A stretch of DNA of 64,000 bases, from the NCBI GenBank assembly GCA_016748015.1, contig JAAOMT010000112.1, positions 67,382 to 131,381 of the forward strand, written 5' to 3'. Of the stretch, positions 38,526 through 51,463 are shown piece by piece. The notes under the pieces are model-generated. The model saw only the letters and a program-made list of their open reading frames with translations. It ran no database searches and was not told where the DNA came from. This stretch comes from Geosiphon pyriformis uo1 (Eukaryota > Fungi > Glomeromycota). Position numbers and translations under genes: made by a program. Within the stretch, counting starts at the first letter, position 1, and the number at the start of each line of letters is the position of its first letter.

Positions 38526-41397
38526 TTATAAAAAAACATAAAACAAAAAAATAAATAACAATTATATATTCAATATTTTTTTTATATTATTATTATTTTT
38601 TAATTTTTTACTTTTATTAATAATATTTATATATCTTATTTGTTTTAATTTGTATTGTTAAAATTAGTCCAAAAAGTATTTGCTTGTTTTTATAATTTAT
38701 TGAATAAAAAACCAATTGAAAAACACAATAATATTTGTTATTAATTTTAAAATTACCAAATAAAACATAAAATAATAGCAATTATATTATTTTATTAATA
38801 ATTATAAACTATTTTTTTAACTTTAAATTTTCCAAAAAAATCATAATTTTGAAACTAATTATTTATATTAGATTCTTATAAATTTAATTCACTTTTTTAA
38901 TTTAATTTAATTTTTTTTTTTTAAATATTTAATAAGCGAAGTCCAAATACTGTCTAGTACAATACATCATACAAATGATTTAAACTAGGTGTGAATCATA
39001 CAATATCTACACATGACCAATCACTCGGACTAATCAGGACAATACTAAGCATCTATATGAACAGAGACCTCACCTCCTATGCCTGAAAAAAACAAACAAG
39101 ACTTACAGAACCCAAAACCAACACCAATTATCTTAGCAACACCCATCAGCCAGGTCATGCCAGATGACAGCCTTAAAGAAAGCCCAGAAATTGGGACAGG
39201 AGCAGACCCATTGCATGGAATAAGCCCATTTTTTTCTATGAATGTGTGGTGCTTAGCGCAAACCAACCAAATATCTTCCCAAAAAGTCAAGCTGAACTCA
39301 TGCACAAAGGCCACAATGTTCTGACTTGCTTTCCTGGAATCCTTGAAGACAGAAACAGACTCATGAAACCAATCCTTGAAAACAAAACTCTTGCACAGAG
39401 CAGTACTAACTGAAACATTAGACACACAAGTGGACAACAGCCATAAGACACCTGAGGAAGAATGAGCCAGATCAGAGTGCACACCCCAAACTGCCGCATG
39501 AGTGTTCAACAACCGAGCATGACCATTGGCATCAAATAGACAAAAAAAAGCATGGTCTGAAACCTCGACATCACCACAGAACAAACACACCACACTAGGA
39601 TAGTGCTTATTATAAAGCCGCTTATGCACTACGACAGGGAGCCAATGGTGCAATGCCTTCATAAAGTAAGTCCGGAAACCAGCTGTCTACTTGCTAGTAA
39701 AGCCAGCAGTCATGTGAGAATCTAGATGCCAAACCAGCAACGACCTAAACCAATCAATATCTGTATGCAGACTACCTGCTACCACCCAGTACCACAACTG
39801 ATTTTCCAATGCGCATGATGAACAGACCGAAAAACATTCTGAACAAAATGTCTAGAATTACCAGAAATGGCTGCACCACCACCCCTAAGATAGTGTTTAT
39901 TAACAGAATGGGGCAGATGCCAACCAGAGAGAGCTGCAGTTTTGGCCAACTTATCAGCCCATTTATTGTCTGAAACCTCTAAGTGTCCTTTAACCTTACA
40001 CCAATTAACTTTTAAATTCTTACAACAAATAATATTCACAATATGATGGCGTTTGATCCAACACCGATTCCTAAAATCCGGGCAAACCAATTCTATCTCC
40101 AACTTGCAAGCATCCAAAGCAGCCTGACTGTCCAAGAACAAGTCGATTGAGTAAGAAGAAAGAATGCATTCGAGTGCCAGAGCAATGGCCTTCAGTTCCG
40201 TCAAGGTAGAAGACATCAAACCAGATACCCCTACACTCAAACCCATACCAATGTCCTCAACGAAAACAGCAGCTCCAGCTTTCATATCGACTGTCCCCAA
40301 ATCACTTAGAGATCCATCTGTATAAACGGAAAGATGACCAACATCGGAATCGAACAAACTGGCACCAATGATGCCAAACTCACGAGACTGAAAAACATCT
40401 AAAGAGACATTACTAGCCAAAAGTGTGGAACAGACAGGAAGAAAAGACACACCATTAAGAAACTGAATGGACAGCTCAAACCAAGCAGGAACCAGACCAC
40501 ATGGGTCCAACCGCTTCCATTGTTTGAAGGTCTTTTATTCAAAAACAGCCCCATTTCGGTCTTACAGCTGATCCACAAAAGCAATCCCATAACGCCAAAG
40601 TGAAGAGACACTCTTGACATAATTTGATTCACCAAGAACAAGGGATATGAGGGTTCCACTTCGCCGATGAAAAGCGCTGTTACTGGAGGTTTTTAGTCTT
40701 TTTTCTTAAATGTTGGTAATATTGATTTGCTGTGAATTCACGTTTTTAGGAAGTAGTTGAACCTCCAATAACTGAATTTATCTTCAAATTATCTCCTATA
40801 ATTTGAACTGCTGGGCTTATAAGTGGAATGGCCAATTCCATGCCAGTTGCTTTGTGTAATTACGTTGTAGTAAACATCAACTTTTTCCCAGGAATTGCTC
40901 ATCTGGAAGCTCACTAAAAATGTGTAGTTACTTTGCTGTGAAAGTCAACTCTTCTACAGGAATCTTGTCTGTAGGCTACCCTAATAATTGTAATAAGAAA
41001 AATAAAAGAAAATAAAAGAAATGTAAAAGAAATAGAATTTTGTCAAGAGAAATGTTTTTTATCCAGGCCTGGAGTTACTAACAGTTTACTGAAATTGGTA
41101 GCTAATCAATTTTAAAACGTTAGTTGGGTTTTGGGGATTTTCCAAGTACAATAATTAAAAAATTTGGTTTTTTTTTGAATTATTTGATATTTATTTCTTT
41201 TTGTGTGTATAGAAACGGTTTTAAGAGATAAATCTAAAGTAAGATACATTTTCTCAAAGAGAGAAGCTCTTCTTTTATACAACTTGTTGTAACACTATTT
41301 TATGAACTTGAACTTTGCTATTTTCTACAATTTTGCTGAACTAAAGATACATTTTGGCGAACTACAAGTTATTTCAGCAAACTATTAGATATTTCGG

Positions 41398-42381
41398 TGT
41401 TACCAGATGAAATTAGAGATATTATTTAGCATGAAATTATCTTATAATTTCTATCATTAATTAGCATATATTATCGTTTCAAATGATCACTTATTATATT
41501 AGCAAAAATGTCCGAAATTATCATTTAATTAATAACCCAAATTGTACACAACACAAATGTAACTTAATTGCAATGATCAATCATGCAATACCCCGAACTA
41601 TGTAACATTCAGAAGTTTGCCGAAATTTGTAGAAATTTGCCAAAATAATTGATAGTTCACTGAAATATCTAATAGTTCGCCGAAATAACTTGTAGTTTGC
41701 CAAAATGTATATTTAGTTCAGCAAAATTGTAGAAAATAGCAAAGTTCAAGTTCATAGAATAGTGTTATGACAAGTTGTATAAAAGAAGAGCTTCTCTCTT
41801 CGAGAAAATGTATCTTACTTTAGATTTATCTCTTAAAAACTGTTTCTATACACACAAAAAGAAATAAATATCAAATAAATTCAAAAAACCAAATTCTTTA
41901 ATTATTATACTTGGAAAAACCTCCAAAAACCCAACTAACATTTCGAAATTGATTAGCTACCAATTTCAGTAAACTGTTAGTAACTCCAGGCCTGGATAGA
42001 AAACGTTTCTCTTGACAAAATTCTATTTCTTTTATATTTCTTTTATTTTCCTTTTCTTTTCTTATTACAATCATTAGGGTAGCCTACAGACAAGATTCCT
42101 GTAGAAGAGTTGACTTTCACAGCAAAGTAACTATACATTTTAGTGAGCTTTCAGACGAGCAATTCCTGGGAAAGAGTTGACATTTACTACAACGTAACTA
42201 CATAAAGTAACTGGCAAGGAATTGGTCATTCCACTTATAAGCCCAGCAGTTCAAATTATAGGAGATAATTTGAAGATAAATTCAGTTATTGGAGATTCAA
42301 CCACATCCAGAAAAACGTGAATTCACAGCAAAATAAGTATCAACAACATTACAGAAAAGAGACCAAAAACCTCTGGTAACA
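41398..42381 (+). mobile_element. Solo LTR of the Gypsy-2 family inserted in inverted orientation inside the Gypsy-2 3' LTR
   Basis: TGTTACCAG...CTGGTAACA, reverse complement of 50483-51463. Perfect TSD TCGG at 41394-97 and 42382-85. Confidence 0.93.
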
Positions 42382-42658
42382 TCGGTGAATTATCAATTAT
42401 TTTGGCAAATTTCTACAAATTTCGGCAAACTTCTGAATATTATATAGTTTGGGATATTGCATGATTGATCATCGCAATTAGGTTATATTTGTGTTGTGTA
42501 CAATTTGAGTTATTAATTAAATGATAATTTCAGACATTTTTGCTAATGTAATAAATAATCATTTGAAATGATAATATATGCTAATTAATGATAGGAATTA
42601 TAAGATAATTTCATGCTAAATAATATCTCTAATTTCATCTGGTAACATAACCTCCTCC

Positions 42659-43344
42659 TCAAGACTGAGCTCTGTTGAAGTCCAAGTACTGTCTGTTATT
42701 TCCAGATAATAATTCAAAATTATTGAAGAAATTTGGTCTAAAAATTGTTGAAATTTCAGTTCTGTGAGCTTTCCAATATATTGAATCTTCAAAGATTGAA
42801 AAATTGGGTTTTACAGTACATTTTCACAGGTGTGGAATAGGTTATAAAGTCTAAGAGCAGCTCTGAGCTTGTAGCGACTGTTTGTTGGTCCAGCTGTTGT
42901 TTTGAATTCGTTGTGGAGTTGTTTTTGGATAGCTTCTTTTGTGAGGTTTGCTGTTGTAAGTTCCAGTTTCTATTCGTAGAGTGTTTTTCCAATGTGGAAA
43001 TATCTATAGATTGGAGGATATTCAGTGTTTTCCTCATTGAAACACAATTGAAGTCTTTGTTGACTTGTAGCATTTGGTGGAATACTAATTGGAGTGAGCA
43101 TTAGGTTTTCTCTTAAAGCAAGCTTTAAAAGTTCTGGTAGGTGAATTCCAGTGTAACTTCTTGTGTTCTTCTTATACGGTTGATATTTTCGTGAATTTGG
43201 GGCTACATTTGTAACTACTTCTGTTTGGGTATAATTAATGTGGTTTCCAGTAACAGTAATGGATAATTCGGGTATTGTTTTTAAAGCTAACATTAGTTTT
43301 TGGGATAATTGTTGAATGTTTTGAGGAATAGTCATTATAAGCAA
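42659..43344 (-). pseudogene. Gypsy-2 ORF3 homolog (two in-frame stops)
   Basis: Read-through translation gives IPQNIQQLSQKL...YFHIGKTLYE*KLEL...RLYNLFHTCENVL*NPIF...IGKLTELKFQQFLDQI, which aligns with Gypsy-1 ORF3. Confidence 0.8.
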
Positions 43345-43479
43345 TTGAAAAAACTAAAAAAAATTATTTTTGGTGTATGGGTTTTTATGTTATTTTTGTT
43401 TTGTTTTTGTGAGATTGTTTTCTAAATTATAAAAGAATAACTAGTAAAATTAAATTAAGTGTTCAGGTTGGAAGGTTGT

Positions 43480-46316
43480 TCAATGATAATTATTGGTTCT
43501 AAGTTTCGGAGAATATTTTCAGGACTGACCAAAGAGGAATGTGTACCAATTTGTGGAATTAATGGTTTAGGATTGTTTCTGGAATGATAGTGTTTCAAAT
43601 GATCTCTATGTGCAACTTTTGCTAGGATTTTGTCATCAAGTCTTAGCTTGTATAATCTGTTGCCTAGGACTTCATGGATAAAGAATGGTCCATCTCATTT
43701 ATTTTCAAATTTTCCACTCCATTGTTTTTCAGCTTTAGTTCTGTGTAAGAGAACTTTGTTTCCAATTTTGAATTTATTGGTGACTGAAAGCAATTTGTCA
43801 TCATGCTGTTCTTTTTGTTGAGCTTGGGAGTGTTCAATATGGGTGGCTGCTATTCGTCGTTTTCTTTTTAATGTGCTAAGCAGAGTGTAAGCTCTTCACT
43901 GAAGCATTTCTTGGAAATTGTTTTTATCGATCGGTTGTGCTGGGTATGTTTCCACTGTGAAACTAATTGGTAATGTTGCCGTCCTTCCATAAGTTAAATC
44001 AAATAGTGTGTGTTTCATGGTATTTTGTTTTAATGTCCTATATGCTAGTAACACTGATGGAATAAAGAGATCCCATTCTTGCTCAAAATCGGTTGAGATT
44101 TTGGCTAATGACTCACACAATGTTCTGTTAAAACGTTCCACAAGTCCGTTTGTTTGTGGATGGTAGGGTGAAGACAGAGGTCTTTTGACATTGAATTATT
44201 CGCAAATTTTTTGTATCAGGTTGTTCACAAAATGTGTTCCCTGATCGGATAAAAGTTCAATTGGATATCCATGTCTACAAATGATGTCTTCATAGATGAA
44301 ATTTGCTACTGATTTTGCATTTGCTCGTTGAATGGCTCTGGCTTCAGGCCATTTAGTAAGATAGTCTACAGCTACTGCAATATAATGGTTTCCTTGAGTG
44401 GTGATAGATAGTGGTCTGACTAAATTGATACCAACTCTGTCAAAAGGCTGTCCAACTTTGATTAGATTTAAAGGTTCTGTAGGGCGAGTTCCTCCTTTTT
44501 TTTAACAACTATCACAAGATTCGACATATTCGTGAATGTTTTTTCTCATTTGAGGCTAAAAGTAGTATTCTAGTGTTCTTTGGGTGGTGCTATCTTTTCC
44601 AAAGTGTGCTGATGAAAAATCTGAGTGCATATTGTATAAAATGGTCTCTTTTTCTTGTTCTTGTATTAATTTGAGTGGTTTGGTTGGATTTTTGAAATTT
44701 CGATGATAGATAATGTTGTTGTGTAGAAAATATTGTTTGGCTTGTTGTTGTAACCGATGTTTTTTGTCTGAGAACCAATCTGTTGGGATTGTTAATGTCT
44801 CCAAATATTGTTTGAGATTGTTGTAGTTTTCGGGGTTCATTGTTTGTTGTTTTGATGCTGTTAATTCAAATGGGTGTTGGTTTTGTTTTCTAATCTTGTC
44901 TCATTTTTGAGAGACAATTAACATTGGTGTGGAGTTTTCCTGGTTTGTAATGTACAATGTATCGGTAATTAGCTAAAAATTCTGTCCATCAAGTTTGTTT
45001 TGCATTCAGCTGGGTGTTTTTGTTTTGAAGCCATTTAAGTCCAATATTATCAGTGATAATATCGAATTTTTTGGGTCTGAGGTAAAGGTTGAAGTGATGT
45101 AGGGCCCAGATTACTACTGCAGTTTCTAATTCTGTTGCGGGGTAGTTTTTTTCGGCTGGCTTTAATGTTCTACTAACATAAGCAATTACTCGCTCATTTC
45201 CATTGTCATCTAACTGTGATAGGATGGCACCAAAGGCAGTATAAGAGGCGTTAGTTGCTAACTGGAATCGGTTGCTGAAATCTGGATAGGCGAGGATTGG
45301 AGCTGTTGTGAGTTTTTCCTTAAGTATCTTGAAGGCATTTTGGTGTTCTTCTGTCCATTTGTATTTGACATTTTTAGTAGTAAGCTGGTTGAAGGGTTTT
45401 GCAATTTCTGAGAATCCTTTGATGAATTTTCAGTAATAGGATGCTAATCCAATAAATCCTCTTAATTCTGTGGTATTTCGTGGAGTCTTGAAGTTCTTGA
45501 CAATACTGATTTTTCCGGGGTCTGGTTTAATTCCATCTTTGCTAACAATGTGACCAAGAAAAGCTAAACTTGTTTTTCCAAAGTAGCATTTTTCAATGTT
45601 CAGTTTCAATCCTGCTTTCTGTAATCATTGAAAAACTTCTCGCAGGTGAATTAAATGTAGCTCGAAAGATGGTGAATAAACATCAGTGTTATCAAGATAA
45701 ACTACTACTGATTTCCAAAGGAGGCCTTTGTAAACAACATCCATAAGTTTTTGGAATATTGCTGGTGTATTGCATAATCCAAAAGGCATTACATTGAACT
45801 CATAATTTCCTCCTTGAGTGGTGAATGCTGTTTTGGGGCGGTCTTTGGGATCCATAGCAACTTGTCAGTATCCACTTTCTAAATCTAATGTTGAAAAGTA
45901 TTTGGACTTTCCAAGAGCATCCAACATGTCATCAATTCGGGGAAGAGAGTAGGCATCCCCAATGATGACACTGTTGAGTTGTCAGTAATTAACACAAAAT
46001 CATATCTTTCCATTTTTTTTTTAACTAGGACTACAGGTGAGGCCCATAGGCTCATTGATGGTTGAATAAGCCCATTGTTAAGCATCTATTGTACTTCTTC
46101 TCAGATAAATTGGTGACTTTCTGGGACAACTTGGTAGGCTTGTTGTCGTCTTGGTTTGGCATCTCCTGTATAAATTTGGTGTTGAACCAAATCAGTTCTT
46201 CCTAAGTCATTGTTGTTTTTGGCTAAGATATCAGCAAATTCTGCAATTAGCTCTTTGAGCTGGGTCTGTTGTTGTGGTTCAAGTTGTCCCATGTTGATTT
46301 GAGATAGTTTTTCCAT
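43480..46316 (-). pseudogene. Gypsy-2 RT-RNase H-integrase, frameshifted and with stops
   Basis: WASPVVLV, TAFTT...MPFGLCN, YLDN, NYPATELE, MHSDFSSAHFG, SDQGTHF, PQTNGLVERFNRTL. Confidence 0.92.
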
Positions 46317-46730
46317 GACAACATGGTAGTTTTTAGAGTTAGGGTTTGGGTTGATTTTAGGTAGTGAATATCCAATAATTTCAGGGAAATCGGGGACTGT
46401 TTGGGGTAATTCTTGTTAAAATATATTACTGTAAATAACTCCAATTTCTAAATTATTTAATAAAATTATGGGGTAATTATTGGGGTTGTAAAAAGTAACT
46501 CGGATTTTCTTTGTTCTTTTTGGAATATAAATGTTTGGGATCAAAATATTATGTTCCAAGCAAACTTGTTCATTGGACTCAAAAATTTGTTGTGTGGTTG
46601 TTGACTTTGGGCAGGTGTAGATTTCCGGATGTTCTCCAAAGGGTGAGATGGTAATTGGTTGTAGAAGTCTGAGAATCTGGTGGGATTCATTCTGTGTGTT
46701 AAGAGCTATATTAACTGGAACTGTGAATCA

Positions 46731-47135
46731 TCCAGTTGAACCAAAACCTTGGGTTCCTTTATCACTTTTTCCTAATTGTTCTCTTTGATTGACTAGTTGC
46801 AAACTCGAAATGTTGATTAAAGGTAGGTAAATAGCTTGGGCAATTTTTTCAGCATGTTCGATCTTGAATGGTTTGTCAGTTTCATTTTGAAGCATCACTG
46901 TTATGTCTCCAGTATATCTAGCATCAATTATTCCTCCTCTCACATTGATTCTTTTGCTTGCCAGAGAAGACCAGGAGGCGATTTGAACCATTGCTCTTGG
47001 CAGAATTTTGAGTGCAATTTTGAGGTTGATTTTTGTGAGAGATTTGGGTTTGAGAACAAAAGTATCCTTGCCTAGATATCTTAGGTCATATCCAGCATTA
47101 ATTTCGTGTGCTTTTTCAGGTTTTATTCCTTGTCC
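46731..47135 (-). pseudogene. dUTPase domain in the Gypsy-2 pol region
   Basis: NAGYDL, ASWSSL (RSS mutated), GGIIDARYTG, IAQAI, KGTQGFGSTG. Confidence 0.92.
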
Positions 47136-47269
47136 GTTGTTGTTGAAGTATTTAAGTTGTAAGGCAGGCTGATTTTTGATAAGGTAGATGGGTGTTGTTT
47201 CAATTTCTTTCATTTCTTCAGGTTCTCCAAATTCAATTTCATTCTCATCATTTTTGCTGGGCAAGGGAA

Positions 47270-50200
47270 TACTAAGAGCATAGCATTCAGGACACCATTG
47301 TTCATCACAAAGCATAATGCATTCTTCACATAATGTTCATTTGCTCTAATCGTTGAATTTGAGCTTCTTGGGTCGGGTAGGTGTGACTTGCAATTTGGTG
47401 GTAGACTTCTACTTCATCTTCGTAATCAAATCTAGCTAATTCCAGAGTGTATTCAATGTATTCTGCTTCCTTCATTTGACGAACATCTTCTTTGGTAGCT
47501 CCATTAATTAATGCCATTGCTAAGTCGAAAATCATCTCGGCATCATAAGGGTAGTGATAAAGTTTGTTGAGAGCACTGTTGTATGCTGCATAAAAGGGTG
47601 TTCCTCTTTTTACTTTTTCTGAAATTGATAAAGCATATTGGCAGGTCTGATCACAGACGCCTCTTTTCATTGCTACATCAATCCAATTGCATTCTTCTGG
47701 TAGCATATCTCCACAAGTCAAACAAAAAGTGTTGTCACATTTTCCGCTTCTTTTTATTAGATGGCCCTATTGCTTTCTGTAACAAGCCTTGCAGTAATAA
47801 CAAGTATGATTCTCATATTCTTCTTCAGGTGAAATGCAGACTCCCATTGACGATAGTTTCTTGTGGCAGTCCTTATATTTAAGGGGAATATAGAGGCATT
47901 GTTTCCTTGGTTTGGGTTTCGAGTAAAGTATATTCCATCCAGAGGTTTCGGGTTTAGTGTGTGGGATAAAATGTTCTTGTTCTGTTTCATCAGCCCAGTT
48001 GGACATTGATCCAAGAGCCATGAATGTTTTGATTATTGGTTTTTCTTCTTCTGGTTCAAATTCAAAAGCCGGGGTTTTTTCAGAGCACTTGGTAGGAGAT
48101 TGTTAACTCTTGTGTTTCCCAATTCAGATTAGCATTGGCTTTTTGAAGCCAATCATTTCCGACGAGAGCTTGATACTGGGGTGCATCCATTACAAGAACT
48201 TTGACTGGAATGGTGATTCCATCAAGAGTGAATGGAAAATTGTCAATTTCTCCTACTGGGGTCTTTTTCATGCCATCGGCAGTGACAATTACTGTTTGAG
48301 CTGGTCGGTTGACATTTTTTTTCAACTGTTGCATTAACTGGTAGATAATAATGCTTCCGGTGGATCCACTGTCTAGGATCAAGCAAATTGGCTTTCCTTC
48401 TACTTCAGCTTTTGTGTACATTGCAGTGATGGCTTTTTGCTCATTAGCCACTATATTGCTAAGCAAGAATGGTGATTCATTTGCTTCAAATTCAAAAGGA
48501 AAATATCAAAGAGATTGGCATTTTCAGCAATTTGGGCTGGTGGAATAGTAGTGTGGTTATGAGAAGGGTTTTGTTGTTGTTGTGCTGTAGCTCTACCTTC
48601 CGAGAGTGCAGTATGGTGAAAATCCTGTTCTTCCGGCATTGTTAAATAACTGGGTTGAGTGTGGTAGTGGTTGGGTCTTGGTTGAGTGGTATTTTAGGAA
48701 GCTAATTGGTTGTTCAAACTGATTCTACTGTTGTTTACTTGGTATCGGTTTTGTGGTGTGAATTGATTTTGTGTAATCAGTCTTCAAGCAGTTACTTGAT
48801 AATGTTGTGTGGGTGGTTGTTGGTATTGCTGTTGGATTAGTTGTGAGATGGGCTGATAATAGTTATTTTGGTATTGGGGTCTTGGTGGATAGTAAGCTGG
48901 TGGTGATGGTTGATAATAAGATTGCTGTGGTGAAGAGTAACATTGATTACCCCTATTTTGTTGGTCTCGTTGTAGCTTTCTGCAATTTCTTTTTCAGTGG
49001 CCAGAGATTCTACAGTAATGGCAATTCTGGGGCTGGTTATTGGAAAGTGGTGTAAAGTTATTTTGATTTTGTCTTTGGGGTGGTTGATATCTTTGTTGTT
49101 GTTAGTTGGTAAAATAGTTTTCAATCTTCTTTGTGAGTTGGTCAATTTTTTTCTCAGCTGCTGAGCTGGTTTCTCCAATTGCCAAATTTACAAGTTTTGT
49201 ACAATTGGTCTCTTCTATAGCCATTTCGTATCTTTTCACATGCTGTATGGCAGAGTTTAAATCTTCTGGTGCATGTGAGTGAACCTTTTTAATTAGTTTA
49301 TCTTTTAGACCAGCGATAAATTGATCCAAGATTTGAGCATCAGAATAATAATCGTTTGTCTCGAGTTGGCAAATCCATCTGAGAAGTTTGTTGAATTTCT
49401 CAATATAAGTCATAACGGATTCAGAGGGTTCTTGTTTAATATTTCAAAAACAATTGTGAAGAGTGATGGAGGTATTATTGTCAGTGAACTGTTTAAGGAA
49501 GGCTGCTTTGAAAGCATTCCAATTATTGAATGGGGCGGCCAGGTTTTCAAACCATTCTCCTGCTGTTCCTTTAAGAAAGTATGGAATTGTTCTTAACATT
49601 CTGGTGGCATTCCATCCATTTGCATCTCCAGCTTTAGTAACTTGGTTGAGCCATTCTTGAGGACTGGTCTCAATGTCTTCTCCATTAAAGTCAGGGATTT
49701 TTGCAATGTATGTTGTCATTTTGTCTTCTTTGTTTTCACTGTTTATTGATTCTTCTTCAGTTATTTCAGAGTTGTTTTCTTCATTTGCTGCTGTCTTAGA
49801 ATGTTCACTTTGATTTTCAGCTAGAAAATCAAGGAGATTGGAACTAGTTTAAAGGGGTTTTTGTTGTCTGATGGGACTTCTGAGTGATGTAAAATCTTCT
49901 GGTCTTGCAAATCGATTCAAGGGTGAATTGGATGTTTGTGCTTGTGCAAGTGAAACTGGAAAAGGTGTGATAGTAAGTGGAAGTTTTGAGCTGGTTCCTT
50001 GTTCAGGTGTTTGTAGATGTTTGAATGATATTTTGGGAGTATTGGGTGTTGTGTGAACAGGTTGGTTATCTTTTTGTCTTTTGTTGCTACTGGTTTCAGG
50101 TTCAGATTCGAGTTCAAAGGCAAATTGTGCATTTGTAGAATATTTTTCTTCACAGAATCGAATGATATTATAATCAAGTTCCTCAAAATAAGTAGTGCAA

Positions 50201-50440
50201 GCTTCAGCACTAATGTTTTCTGATTCAGTATTGGAATAGTGTAGTATGTTCTCAAGAAGATCTTTTTTAATTGTTGTAATGTTATAGTTCCCAAAGAGGT
50301 AGTCGTTGATTTGATTTTCGATGTATTGAAAAAGTGTTTTCTTGAAAGCTATGATTCTGTTGTGTATTTAAAATCATTGTTTGCAGTGTATAAATCGATT
50401 GATAGTACTCTAAGGTTGTGATGTCTGAGGTGGTCGCCAC
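47270..50440 (-). pseudogene. Gypsy-2 gag, protease and Cys-rich insert
   Basis: IAKIPDFNG...EWL...NGW...IPYFLKGTAGEWF; protease ILDSGS...LVGNDWL (48080-48466); CxxC-rich segment at ~47270-47890. Confidence 0.87.
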
Positions 50441-50482
50441 TTTGAATTTGTTGCTGTATTATTTCCGTGGGAGAGCACCAAA

Positions 50483-51463
50483 TGTTACCGGAGGTTTTTG
50501 GTCTCTTTTCTTAAATGTTGGTAATGTTGATTTGCTGTGAATTCACGTTTTCAGGAAGTAGTTGAACCTCCAATAACTGAATTTATCTTCAAATTATCTC
50601 CTATAATTTGAACTGCTGGGCTTATAAGTAAAATAGCCAATTCTGTGCCAATTGCTTTATGTAGTTACGTTGTAGTAAACGTCAACTCTTTCCCAGAAAT
50701 TGCTTGTCTGGAAGCTCACTAAAAATGTGTAGTTATTTTGCTGTGAAAGTCAACTCTTCTACAGGAATCTTGTCTGTAGGCTACCTTAATAATTGTAATA
50801 AGAAAAATAAAAGAAAATAAAAGAAATGTAAAAGAAATAGAATTTTGTCAAGAGAAACGTTTTTTATCTGGGCCTGGAGTCACTAACAGTTTACTGAAAT
50901 TGGTAGCTAATCAATTTCAAAATGTTAGTTGGGTTTTGGGGATTTTTCAAGTACAATAATTAAAGAATTTGGTTTTTTTTTGAATTATTTGATATTTATT
51001 TCTTTTTGTGTATATAGGAACGGTTTTAAGAGATAAATCTAAAGTAAGATACATTTTCTCAAAGAGAGAAGCTCTTCTTTTATACAACTTGTTGTAACAC
51101 TATTCTATGAACTTGAACTTTGCTATTTTCTACAATTTTGCTGAACTAAAGATACATTTCGGTGAACTACAAGTTATTCGGCAAACTATTAGATATTTCA
51201 GTGAACTATCAATTATTTCAGCAAATTTCTACAAATTTTGGTGAACTTCTGAATGTTACATAGTTCGGGGTATTGCATGATTGATCATCGCAATTAGGTT
51301 ACATTTGTGTTGTGTACAATTTGGGTTATTAATTAAATGATAATTTTGGACATTTTTGCTAATATAATAAATGATTATTTGAAATGATAATATATGCTAA
51401 TTAATGATAGGAATTATAAGATAATTTCATGCTAAATAATATCTCTAATTTCATCTGGTAACA
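50483..51463 (-). repeat. Gypsy-2 5' LTR (~980 bp) with an internal ~21-22-bp tandem motif array
   Basis: TGTTACCGG...CTGGTAACA; ATTTCGGCGAACT-like units at ~51135-51250. Confidence 0.93.

Larger units (their letters stand above)
40678..51463 (-). mobile_element. Gypsy-2: full-length Ty3/Gypsy element, second family with the same architecture as Gypsy-1, inserted in LINE-B ORF2
   Basis: 5' LTR at 50483-51463; 3' LTR at 40678-42647, split by a nested LTR. TSD GCGC (40674-77) / GTGC (51464-67). PBS TGGTGCTCTCCCACGG; PPT GAGGAGGAGGTTA. Remnants of gag, PR (ILDSGS), Cys domain, dUTPase, RT, RH, IN and ORF3. Confidence 0.95.

Noticed and set aside
51135-51250. Regularly spaced repeats as a CRISPR-like array
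   Set aside because: Spacers are only ~8 bp, the array lies within a eukaryotic LTR, and there are no cas genes.
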